Source: Acidovorax sp.
GTDB taxonomy: Bacteria > Pseudomonadota > Gammaproteobacteria > Burkholderiales > Burkholderiaceae_C
Length of the DNA stretch: 44,283 bases
Direction of reading: 5' to 3'
NCBI GenBank assembly: GCA_046318695.1
Contig: JBKCTS010000276.1
Span: 1 to 44,283 of the forward strand
Part shown: piece after piece, positions 22,556-30,527 of the stretch
How the letters are laid out: the number at the start of each line of letters is the position of its first letter
How positions within the stretch are numbered: the stretch's first letter is position 1
The notes under the pieces: model-generated
The model's database searches: none
The model's input: the letters and a program-made list of their open reading frames with translations, nothing else
Told to the model about the DNA's origin: nothing
Program-made: the position numbers and the translations under genes

Positions 22556-23461
22556 TCAGCCCGGCATCAGGCCCATCAGCGCGGTCGCCTGCGCCTCTGG
22601 ATCTGCCGCGTTCACCAGCGCCCGCACCACCGCAACCGACCCCACGCCGGTGGCCAGCACTTGCCTGAACTCCTGCGGTCCGATGCCGCCAATGGCGACT
22701 TGCGGGTAGTGGCGCATCAGGCGCGCATAGGCGCTCAGCCGGCCCACGCCTTGCGGCGCGGTGGCCATTTTTTTGAGCGTGGTCGGAAACACCGCTCCCA
22801 TGGCGATGTAACTCGGCGCTGCGGCATCGGCACGGACCATTTCGGCGTAGCCGTGCGTGCTGACGCCCAGCCGGGTTCCGCTGGCGCGCAGTGCATCGAG
22901 CTGGTCGGCGCGCATCGCGTCCAGGTCTTCCTGGCCCAGATGCACGCCGTAGGCCCCCGCGTCGATCGCCGCCTGCCAGTGGTCGTTGATGAACAGCAAG
23001 GCTCCTGTGCCACGCACGGCGGCCACCGAAGCGGCAATCTCGCGCGCCACCGCAGCGCTGTCGGTGGACTTAAAGCGCAGTTGTACGGTGGGCACACCGG
23101 CTCGGGCCATCCGCCCCACCCATGCGGCATCGGGCAGCACGGCATAAAGGCCAAGCCGCTGCGGGCACGGCGCAAAGGCCTGACCCCGCGGCACGGGCTG
23201 CAGACCAAAGTCGTCGGGCTCCACAGGCCAGCAGGTGGCGTCAAAGCGGCCGGTACGCTCCGTCTGCGCCTGCCAGGCGCGGGCCAGGCATTGCGCGTCG
23301 CTCGCGATGAAGCCCAACTGGCTGCATCCGTGCAGGGCCGCCAGGTAGGCGCTTTCGTGCATCACCGGCGTCGGCAGCGGCTGGGGTTCAAACCCGGCGA
23401 ATGTGGCGGCGTGATGGGCCACGATGGCCTGCGCCATCTCCAAGGTGTGGCCCTTATGCAT
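22556..23461 (-). CDS. thiE: Thiamine-phosphate synthase with N-terminal extension
   Basis: VQLRFK, FINDHW, GVHLGQED, GVSTH, FPTTLK, AIGGI; ATG overlaps thiG stop. Confidence 0.9.
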   Translation of the reverse strand: MHKGHTLEMAQAIVAHHAATFAGFEPQPLPTPVMHESAYLAALHGCSQLGFIASDAQCLARAWQAQTERTGRFDATCWPVEPDDFGLQPVPRGQAFAPCPQRLGLYAVLPDAAWVGRMARAGVPTVQLRFKSTDSAAVAREIAASVAAVRGTGALLFINDHWQAAIDAGAYGVHLGQEDLDAMRADQLDALRASGTRLGVSTHGYAEMVRADAAAPSYIAMGAVFPTTLKKMATAPQGVGRLSAYARLMRHYPQVAIGGIGPQEFRQVLATGVGSVAVVRALVNAADPEAQATALMGLMPG

Positions 23462-24263
23462 GGCTGTGGTGCCAGAACGGCGTGCCCAGCACGGGCGTGT
23501 TGGGCTGGGCGGCATCTTGCGCGGCCATGGCGCCGGCAAGTCGGGCTGCCCGACCGCCATGCACGGCATCGGCAAACGCGCCCGCCATGGCCACCGGGTC
23601 TTGCGCCAAGGCCACGGCCGTGTTGAGCAGCACGCCGTCGTAGCCCCACTCCATCACCTGACAGGCGTGCGATGGCAGGCCCAGCCCGGCATCGACCAGC
23701 ATGGGCACATCCAGCCGCTCGCGCAGCATCTGCAGCGCATACGGATTGACCGGCCCACGCCCCGTGCCGATGGGGGCGGCCCAGGGCATCACGGCCTGGC
23801 AGCCCACATCCACCAGACGCTGGCACAGCACCAGGTCTTCGGTGCAGTAGGGCAACACCTGAAAGCCGTCCTTGATCAGGTGTTCGGCCACGCCCACCAG
23901 GTTCAGCGTGTCGGGCTGCAGGGTGTAGTCGTCGCCGATGAGCTCCAGCTTGATCCAGGGGGTGCCGAACACCTCGCGCGCCATCTGGGCCGTGGTGATG
24001 GCCTCTTGCGCGCTGTGGCAGCCCGCGGTGTTGGGCAGCACGGGCACATCGAGCTTGCGCAGCAGTTCCCAGAAGCTGCTGCCGCTTTCAGCCGGGTTGC
24101 TGCCCTGGCGGCGCAGCGATGCCGTGACCATGGCGGGCCGCGCGCGCTGCACGGCGGCCTCCAGCACGGCGGGCGACGGGTAGCGCGAAGTGCCCAACAG
24201 CAGGCGGCTGGCAAACGTCTGGCCGTAGAGCACCAGCGGGTCTTGAGGCGTCGGACTGGTCAT
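23454..24263 (-). CDS. thiG: Thiazole synthase
   Basis: SRLLLGT, LPNTAGC, WIKLE, APIGTGRG, DAGLG, VLLNTAVA. Confidence 0.96.
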   Translation of the reverse strand: MTSPTPQDPLVLYGQTFASRLLLGTSRYPSPAVLEAAVQRARPAMVTASLRRQGSNPAESGSSFWELLRKLDVPVLPNTAGCHSAQEAITTAQMAREVFGTPWIKLELIGDDYTLQPDTLNLVGVAEHLIKDGFQVLPYCTEDLVLCQRLVDVGCQAVMPWAAPIGTGRGPVNPYALQMLRERLDVPMLVDAGLGLPSHACQVMEWGYDGVLLNTAVALAQDPVAMAGAFADAVHGGRAARLAGAMAAQDAAQPNTPVLGTPFWHHSHA

Positions 24264-24267
24264 GGCA

Positions 24268-24326
24268 TTACTATGATTTTGATAGCTTTCAAGGCTTAAT
24301 AGACGTGCGCAAATGGCACTTTTTAT
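24268..24326 (+). repeat. Dispersed GCTAT-N7-ATAGC element, copy E
   Basis: ACTATgattttgATAGC, 20 nt, GCGC, 6 nt, T-rich; between thiS and thiG. Confidence 0.7.
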
Positions 24327-24345
24327 TCAGATTGCAGGCACAAGA

Positions 24346-24543
24346 TCAGCCCCCGGTCACGGGCGAGATGATCTCCACGCGATCACCGGGCTGCAGCTTG
24401 TGGTCGGCATAGCGGGTGTTGGGCACAAAGGTGGTGTTCACGGCCACCGCAAACGGCGGGCGCGCCGCGACGGCGGTGACGGCATCGGCCACCGTGGCAA
24501 CTTCGGGCAGCTCGTGCGGAATCTGGTTGATGAAGATGTTCAT
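24346..24543 (-). CDS. thiS: Sulfur carrier protein ThiS
   Basis: 65 aa, AVAVN, C-terminal VTGG. Confidence 0.95.
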   Translation of the reverse strand: MNIFINQIPHELPEVATVADAVTAVAARPPFAVAVNTTFVPNTRYADHKLQPGDRVEIISPVTGG

Positions 24544-25670
24544 GCGAGGGAGGCGGCAGCGCTGGCCGCTGGCGCGCAGGCAGGGGCCAGATCCAGCGCC
24601 AAGTCAAAACATTGCGAAAGCGGCGATTGTCCCGTGTTCAGCAGCTCCAGGGTCACATCCAGCATCGCCGGGGCAATCATGAAGCCGTGGCGATACAGGC
24701 CGTTGATCTCGAGCACGCGCGGGCGGGCTTGGCGGATGGCGGGCAGGTTGTCGGGCAGCGTGGGGCGGCATTGTGTGGACAGCTCCAGCATGCGGCCCTC
24801 GGCAAAGCCGGGATGCACGGCATAGGCGGCAGACAGCAGCTCCAGCGTGGACCGCACGCTGGCGGGCGTGCGGTCGTCCGACTCGATCTCGGTCGCGCCG
24901 ATCACGAACAGGTGGTCTGGTTTGGGCGCGATGTAGATCGGGTAGCGCGGGTGCACCAGCCGCGTGGGGCGCTGCAGCGTCACATCGGGCGCATGGATGC
25001 GGGCCACCTCGCCACGCACGCCCCGCAGCGCGCCCCAGTGGCCCTTGGCACCCAGGCCGCGGCAGTCCAGCACCCAGTCGGGCTGGCCGGGTTGGCCGGG
25101 CTCAATGGCATCGGGCGACGCGGGCGCGTGCCAATGGGTGAGCACGCCCAGCCGCTGCATCTCGGCGGTCAGCGCCGCCAGTAGCTGGCGGTTGTCGAGC
25201 TGGCCCTCGCCCGGCAGAAAAAGCCCTTGCGAAAACCGGTGGGCCAGCGCGGGCTCGGCCTGCGCCAGCGCCGCGCCGTCGAGCTTTTGCAGGGCGGGCA
25301 GTTCGGGCACGGTGTGCTGGTTGGCCTCCAGCTGGCGCGTCAGGCGCTGGGCCTCGGCAGCGTCCTGGCGGTGCCACACGATCAGCGTGCCCGCCTGCTG
25401 AAAGAACACCGGCTCAGCCAAAGGTGCCAGCAGTTGAGGCCAGCGCGTAAGCGCATGGTGCCCCATGCGCACCACGCCGGGCTCGGTGATGGCCGATTCG
25501 GCCAGAGGGGCCAGCATGGCGGCGGCCACCCGCGCGGCAGATTGCCCGGCATCGGGCCCGCCCGCTTCGTGGATGGCGATGCGGTGACCCTGCCGGGCAA
25601 GCTCCACCGCAAGGAGCCGCCCCATGAGGCCAGCGCCCAGGATGGCGAAGGAGGAGGGTGGCAGTGGCAT
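24540..25670 (-). CDS. thiO: Glycine oxidase ThiO-like FAD oxidoreductase
   Basis: ILGAGLMG, AAAMLAP, RGVRGE, NGLYRHG; in thi operon; start 25670 inferred. Confidence 0.9.
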   Translation of the reverse strand: MPLPPSSFAILGAGLMGRLLAVELARQGHRIAIHEAGGPDAGQSAARVAAAMLAPLAESAITEPGVVRMGHHALTRWPQLLAPLAEPVFFQQAGTLIVWHRQDAAEAQRLTRQLEANQHTVPELPALQKLDGAALAQAEPALAHRFSQGLFLPGEGQLDNRQLLAALTAEMQRLGVLTHWHAPASPDAIEPGQPGQPDWVLDCRGLGAKGHWGALRGVRGEVARIHAPDVTLQRPTRLVHPRYPIYIAPKPDHLFVIGATEIESDDRTPASVRSTLELLSAAYAVHPGFAEGRMLELSTQCRPTLPDNLPAIRQARPRVLEINGLYRHGFMIAPAMLDVTLELLNTGQSPLSQCFDLALDLAPACAPAASAAASLA

Positions 25671-25740
25671 AGGTCCGTCGATGGTGTCCGTGCGCGGGCT
25701 GGGGCTGCGAGCGTGGACAAAACGGAATGCACCGCGATGG

Positions 25741-25846
25741 AAACTCCCCACGCCAGCATGACCTGGATCGGGTAGCGGGGCGCGTAGCCCCAGGGTATTT
25801 CTCAGCCGCCGCCAGCGCTTTGCGCGGTCACGGCACCCCTGTTTCG
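25741..25846 (-). promoter_or_regulatory. TPP riboswitch upstream of thiO
   Basis: Minus strand AGGGGTGCC...GGCTGAGAAATACCC...CCCGATCCAGGTCATGCTGGCGTGGGGAG. Confidence 0.9.
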
Positions 25847-25917
25847 TCCGGAGCGCTGATTACAGCATATCCCCCGTGCTCCGGGTCTGCCCTGGCGCAT
25901 AGGCCATAATTTTTGCC

Positions 25918-26775
25918 ATGCATTCCCCCACGCCTTCGCCCACCCCTGCGCGCCGCTATGCGCGCGTGCTTTCGATTGCCGGATCTGACAGCGGGGGCGG
26001 CGCTGGCATCCAGGCCGACCTCAAGACCTTCAGCGCGCTGGGCTGCTATGGCATGACGGCCATCACGGCCATCACGGCGCAAAACACCTGCGGCGTCACC
26101 GGTATCCACGGCGTTCCGCCCGAGATGCTCAAAGCGCAGATCGATGCGGTGGTGCAGGACATCGGCGTGGATGCCGTCAAGATCGGCATGCTGCATTCGC
26201 CCGATGTGGTGCGCGTGGTGGCAGACGCCATCGGCCGCTACCAGCTACCCCATGTGGTGCTGGACCCGGTGATGGTGGCCACCAGCGGCGACAAGCTGAT
26301 TGCCGACGAGACCGTGGGCGTGCTCGTGCGCGAGCTGTTTCCGTTGGCGGAGGTCATCACGCCCAATCTGGATGAAGCGGGCTGGTTGCTGGGCCGCAGC
26401 ATCGACCATGCCGACCGCTTGCCTGAAGCCACCCAAGCCCTGCTGGGCCTGGGCGCTCGCGCGGCGTTGCTCAAGGGCGGCCACCTGCCGGGGGATTGGG
26501 TGGTGGACTTGCTGGCGGTACAGGGCGGTGGCACGCAGCGCCTGGAGTCGGCGCGCATTGCCACGCGCAACGGTCACGGCACGGGCTGCACCCTGTCGTC
26601 CGCGATTGCCGCCTTCCTGGCCCTGGGCGAGCCCCTGCCGCAGGCAGTGCAGCAGGCACGCGCCTACATTCTGGGCGCGATTGCGGCTGGGGCCGATGTG
26701 GCCACCGGTCGCGGTCACGGCCCGCTCAACCACGGCTACGCGCCTATGGCGCAGCGCGTGGTGTCGTGTGCCTGA
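25918..26775 (+). CDS. thiD: HMP/HMP-phosphate kinase
   Basis: IAGSDSGGGAGIQADLKT, DPVMVATSG, TPNLDEA, KGGH, HGTGCTLSSA. Confidence 0.96.
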   Translation: MHSPTPSPTPARRYARVLSIAGSDSGGGAGIQADLKTFSALGCYGMTAITAITAQNTCGVTGIHGVPPEMLKAQIDAVVQDIGVDAVKIGMLHSPDVVRVVADAIGRYQLPHVVLDPVMVATSGDKLIADETVGVLVRELFPLAEVITPNLDEAGWLLGRSIDHADRLPEATQALLGLGARAALLKGGHLPGDWVVDLLAVQGGGTQRLESARIATRNGHGTGCTLSSAIAAFLALGEPLPQAVQQARAYILGAIAAGADVATGRGHGPLNHGYAPMAQRVVSCA

Positions 26776-26782
26776 GTTTGAA

Positions 26783-26841
26783 GCTATTTAGCCGACCGAC
26801 GCCCAGCCACAGGGCATTTTATGCTATATAATTGATAGCGA
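26783..26841 (-). repeat. Dispersed GCTAT-N7-ATAGC element, copy F
   Basis: Minus strand GCTATcaattatATAGC, 20 nt, GCGT, 6 nt, GCTAAAT; between convergent thiD and cytX. Confidence 0.7.
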
Positions 26842-26861
26842 TTGCCTGCCTTGCCATCGCG

Positions 26862-28142
26862 TCAGGCAGCGCGGGGGCGGGTTGCGTAGGCCAGCGCAAA
26901 GCTCAACGCCAGCGCAGGCAGGGCCGAGCCCGCACCTGGCAGCACCTTAGGCGCCAGGTGGTACACCGCAATGCCCGCCAGCCAGATGGCAACCGGCACC
27001 ACATTCACCTTGCGCGCAGCCGCCAGCAGGGCCGGGGCATCAGTGCCAAAGGCCAGTCGCCCCAAAATCACGCCGAACAGCGGCACAAACACCGAGCTGA
27101 GCAGCAGCAAAAACGGCTCCAGGCTGTGCATGGGCAACACCAGCGCCAGGGCGGTGCACACCGCGGCCACCAGCAGGCCCCAGGCGCGCACGCCAAACCG
27201 AGGCAGCAGGCTGTGGGCCGACACTGCGCCCGAATACGTGTCGCCATAGGCGTTGTCCACCTCGTCGATGAGGATCAGCGACAGCGCAATCAGACCGCCC
27301 TGGGCTAGCAGCAGCGCCTGCACCAGATCCTTGCTGGGCAAGGTCAGCGCCACCAGCACGCCGAGCGAGTAGCACCACATATTGGCCAGCGCATAACCCA
27401 GCCAGGTGCCGCGCAATGCAGAGCCACCGTTCTTGCCGTGGCGTGCGTAGTCGGCCACCAGCGGCAGCCACGAGATCGGCATGGCAATCACCAAGTCCAG
27501 CGCAGGCAGCACACCCATGCCGCCTGCACCCTGGCGCGTCCACAGTGCTTCCAAACCCTGGGCCTGCGCCAGCGACAAAAACTGCCACGACAGCCACAGC
27601 AGCGACAGCACCACCAGCGGCAGCGCCACCCGCGCAATCACCTTGCGCACCAGCTGCACCATCGAACCACTGATCAGCAGCATCACCACGCCGCCCCACA
27701 GCAGCGTGGCCAGCACGGGCCAGTGCGCGCCCGCCATCGCGCCGGACTGCTGGCCAATGGCCACTGTGGCATCGCGCATCACCACCAGCTCAAACGTGCC
27801 CCAGCCCACCAGTTGCACGATGTTCAGGATGATGGGCAAGCTGGCAAAGGTGCGGCCGTACACCGCATGCATCAGCCCGGCGCTGGCCAGGCCGCTGTCG
27901 CAGCCCAGCTTGGCCACCCAGCCCAGCAGGCCTGCGCCCACGATGGAGCCGGCCACAATGGCAATCAACGCCTCTTTGGTGCCCAGCGCGGGCATCAGGT
28001 ACGCGCCCACCTGTATCACCAGCAGGCCCACGCCCAGGCTGAACCAGAGCGAGGCGTGGTCATGCCACTGGAAGACGCGGCGGTCGGACGAGATGGGGGC
28101 CAGCGCTTCGTTGGTGGCGTGCGTGGCAGGCGATGAGGACAT
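26862..28142 (-). CDS. cytX: NCS1-family putative hydroxymethylpyrimidine transporter
   Basis: Multi-TM protein, LWFSLGVG, AMPISWLPLVADYAR; TPP riboswitch upstream. Confidence 0.85.
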   Translation of the reverse strand: MSSSPATHATNEALAPISSDRRVFQWHDHASLWFSLGVGLLVIQVGAYLMPALGTKEALIAIVAGSIVGAGLLGWVAKLGCDSGLASAGLMHAVYGRTFASLPIILNIVQLVGWGTFELVVMRDATVAIGQQSGAMAGAHWPVLATLLWGGVVMLLISGSMVQLVRKVIARVALPLVVLSLLWLSWQFLSLAQAQGLEALWTRQGAGGMGVLPALDLVIAMPISWLPLVADYARHGKNGGSALRGTWLGYALANMWCYSLGVLVALTLPSKDLVQALLLAQGGLIALSLILIDEVDNAYGDTYSGAVSAHSLLPRFGVRAWGLLVAAVCTALALVLPMHSLEPFLLLLSSVFVPLFGVILGRLAFGTDAPALLAAARKVNVVPVAIWLAGIAVYHLAPKVLPGAGSALPALALSFALAYATRPRAA

Positions 28143-28223
28143 GGAGTGGCTCCGTCAACAGGTACAGAGCAGGGGGCCGTCCGCCGGTGCGACCCGACGT
28201 CTTCCGGGTCGTGCCATGGCGGA

Positions 28224-28340
28224 CTTGCTTCCCTGCGCGAGGATGATCTCAAGCCTGCAAAGTAAAACGATGCGGGCAACAGGTTCGAAGGGTTTGATCT
28301 CAGCCCTGCAACGGATTGACTGCAGGACACCCCCAGCGAT
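28224..28340 (-). promoter_or_regulatory. TPP riboswitch upstream of cytX
   Basis: Minus strand GGGGGTGTCC...GGGCTGAGATCAAACCCTTCGAACCTG...GAGATCATCCTCGCGCAGGGAAG. Confidence 0.85.
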
Positions 28341-28455
28341 GAGGTCGAATTCTAGTGAATCAGCGCGGATCCAGGCCAACAAGCTGTTTTGCAAGTGGCG
28401 CAGATCGGCTGGTGCGGAGGGCGATTGGCGCGTGGCGGGGTGAATGTCTTCAACG

Positions 28456-28554
28456 GGCTTCCATGCCGATCAGGCAGGGCGGCAGCCCTGCGATGAACTC
28501 AGGCAGCTTGGTGCGCGTGACGCTGGGGCGCACCAGCGCGGGTTTGCCTGTGGC
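28456..28554 (-). pseudogene. IS110-family transposase N-terminal fragment
   Basis: Minus frame reads ATGKPALVRPSVTRTKLPEFIAGLPPCLIGMEA then R-stop; matches the recalled IS110/IS1111 LPPCLIGMEAC motif. Confidence 0.75.
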
Positions 28555-28752
28555 ACGGGGGGGCAGCAAGCGAGGCAGGAGGGGCAGGAAACTGCCCTGT
28601 TAGCGCACTACCAGTCCAAACAGGTCGAAATTGCGGCAAACTTTGCGCATGGACGCAGCGGCTCTGACCATCCTGGTGTGTGGCTCGCAAAGTAGTGCGG
28701 GAGCTTGCGCGACACAAGTTTTTTTTTCAGCCTCGTTAAGGCTTATCAAACC

Positions 28753-29130
28753 GTGGCGAAGCCAGCACAGACCAAGGGTAAGGAGCGGGATGCGTACACG
28801 CCGAACCAGCTTCCGAGCAGGGAGAGCGCGTGGAACCTTTTCCTTGCCTTCATCCTCACGGCTTATGGCGTTGCTGGTCTCCTCACTCACACCCTTAAGT
28901 ACTCTCGTCGTGGCCGTGTGATCATCTTCCTAGAGGGAGGATCAGCGTGGCTGATGTCATTTGCGCTACTCGTTGGGGCGTTCGTCTTCGCGTCATGGGT
29001 TGTGGATCATTACGACACTCGCAACAATGAGCGCTACTATCGGGCGTTTCGGTGGACCGCTACACGAATTGGTTGGGGGTTGGTCGCATCCTCGCTCGTG
29101 GTTCACCTATGGGTCGGATTGACGAGATGA
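28753..29130 (+). CDS. Cassette 1: hypothetical membrane protein (about 3 TM)
   Basis: GTG just downstream of core site GTTAAGGC; hydrophobic segments, HYDTRNNE motif; stop abuts attC. Confidence 0.7.
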   Translation: MAKPAQTKGKERDAYTPNQLPSRESAWNLFLAFILTAYGVAGLLTHTLKYSRRGRVIIFLEGGSAWLMSFALLVGAFVFASWVVDHYDTRNNERYYRAFRWTATRIGWGLVASSLVVHLWVGLTR

Positions 29131-29233
29131 GCCTTAACGACTCAATCGACGCGGCCCCACAACTTCGCTACGCCCGAAGCCCTACAGCCGGCTTCGGCGG
29201 CTTCCGGCCTCGGGTGAGCTCAAAACGTTCAAC
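29131..29233 (+). repeat. attC-like site 1 (degenerate)
   Basis: GCCTTAAC ... CCCGAAG...CTCGGGTGAGCTCAAAAC-GTTCAAC. Confidence 0.65.
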
Positions 29234-29265
29234 GCGCTGGGTGTTGAGGTGGCGATAGCTTGCGA

Positions 29266-29294
29266 TTGCAAGGCTATGTTTTCGTATATACAAT
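29266..29294 (+). promoter_or_regulatory. Sigma70 promoter of brnTA
   Basis: TTGCAA-17 nt-TACAAT, 6 nt before brnT ATG. Confidence 0.7.
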
Positions 29295-29300
29295 AACCGT

Positions 29301-29576
29301 ATGCGCGTCTCGTACGACCTTTCCAAACGTGAAAAGGCTTTGGCAGATCGTGGATTGGATTTTGAAGATGCGGTTGTCGTATTCGATGGCCTGACAGTCG
29401 AAGTTGAAGATACGCGCAAGGACTATGGTGAAAAGCGGATCATTTGTTACGGCCTACTGGCCGGACGCATGGTGGTTGTCGGCTACACCCTGCGTGGCTC
29501 GGTGCGCCACATTTTCAGTATGCGAAAGGCAAATGATCGTGAACAAACACGCCTCGCCCCGTACTTTGGGCTCTGA
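29301..29576 (+). CDS. brnT: BrnT family toxin
   Basis: RGLDFEDA...DTRKDYGEKR...G...VVGYT.RG..RHIFSMRKAN.RE. Confidence 0.9.
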   Translation: MRVSYDLSKREKALADRGLDFEDAVVVFDGLTVEVEDTRKDYGEKRIICYGLLAGRMVVVGYTLRGSVRHIFSMRKANDREQTRLAPYFGL

Positions 29577-29832
29577 TCTTGCGCGTGTAGATGCGCATGT
29601 TGTAAAGCCTGTTGAATACAAAGAGTTGCCCGAACTCACCGATGACCTACTTAGTCGTGCTGTGGTTAAAAAAGGTGGCCGCCCCAAGTCTGCAAGTCCC
29701 AGGCAACTTATTTCCTTGCGTTTGCCGGTGGATGTCATTGCCAAGTGGCGAGCCAGTGGGCCTGGCTGGCAAACTCGCATGGCAGAACGTCTTGCTCGGG
29801 CTGATGTAGTGCGGGCAAGTAATGAAATTTAA
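29533..29832 (+). CDS. brnA: BrnA family antitoxin
   Basis: PELTD, GGRPK, ISLRL, WRASGPGWQTRM; overlaps brnT; start 29533 or 29539. Confidence 0.9.
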   Translation: MIVNKHASPRTLGSDLARVDAHVVKPVEYKELPELTDDLLSRAVVKKGGRPKSASPRQLISLRLPVDVIAKWRASGPGWQTRMAERLARADVVRASNEI

Positions 29833-29913
29833 CAATTTGCTCGTCATGGACATGTAGCCAAAGGTTGCCGCTTCGGGGCGAATGTTGCGCGCCGGACAGC
29901 GCCAACGTTACCG
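29827..29913 (+). repeat. attC-like site 2
   Basis: ATTTAAC (contains the brnA stop) ... CAGCGCCAAC-GTTACCG; 87 bp. Confidence 0.7.
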
Positions 29914-29942
29914 TTCATGAGCGCTGGTGCTACCCATCTTGT

Positions 29943-30314
29943 ATGCCTATTGCATTCCGCCTCTTGCATATTGCTGCCGCCGCTTTGTTTGGGGGTTTGA
30001 TTTGGTCCGGTATCGCTGGGTTTGGCAGAGTGGTCGATCCTTCTGAGTACGCAGCAATACGACCCACCCACTGGATCATGCTCATCATGTTTTTCGGGGC
30101 GCCGTTATGGGTTCCAGCCACCATACCGTCTAGGTTTCCACGTTTTCTGCATGCCGCAAGGCTTGGTGGTGCTGCGCTGCTGCTGGTCCCCACGTTCATG
30201 GCTGCTACCGTCATTCCGCACAATTTTCTCTTCGGTGCTGCCGCTACGCTGTCGTGCGCGGCTTTTCTCTCGTTAGCACTATGGCCCGAAATTCACGTGC
30301 TTGTTCATCGTTGA
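29943..30314 (+). CDS. Cassette 3: hypothetical membrane protein (about 4 TM)
   Basis: Hydrophobic 123-aa ORF between attC2 and attC3. Confidence 0.65.
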   Translation: MPIAFRLLHIAAAALFGGLIWSGIAGFGRVVDPSEYAAIRPTHWIMLIMFFGAPLWVPATIPSRFPRFLHAARLGGAALLLVPTFMAATVIPHNFLFGAAATLSCAAFLSLALWPEIHVLVHR

Positions 30315-30372
30315 ACTTAACAAGCCGCTGCATCCGACCACCTGCAGCGTCGGCTGCCCGGCGACGTTGAGT
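30315..30372 (+). repeat. attC-like site 3
   Basis: ACTTAAC-AAGCCGCTGCATCCGAC ... GTCGGCTGCCCGGCGAC-GTTGAGT; 58 bp, begins right after stop codon. Confidence 0.75.
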
Positions 30373-30527
30373 GCCCGCTTTCATCTTGAACCCTGACGCC
30401 CGCTGATCTCCATCAGGTTCAAAGGGACTCTCCCAGTCGATACCGGCGGGCCGGACTCGACACCCCTGGCGTGGACACTGGCGAAACCGTAGAGCTGTGG
30501 TTTGCAGTGAGGCGGCTGCGTGCCCAG

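Larger units (their letters stand above)
28735..30372 (+). mobile_element. Integron-like gene cassette array without integrase (CALIN), three cassettes
   Basis: Co-oriented, visibly AT-richer ORFs each followed by an RYYYAAC-like ... GTT-bounded imperfect palindrome. Confidence 0.75.

Noticed and set aside
28560-28735. attI site or intI remnant ahead of cassette 1
   Set aside because: Only GTT core-like heptamers are visible; no integrase motifs recognised, so it cannot be supported.
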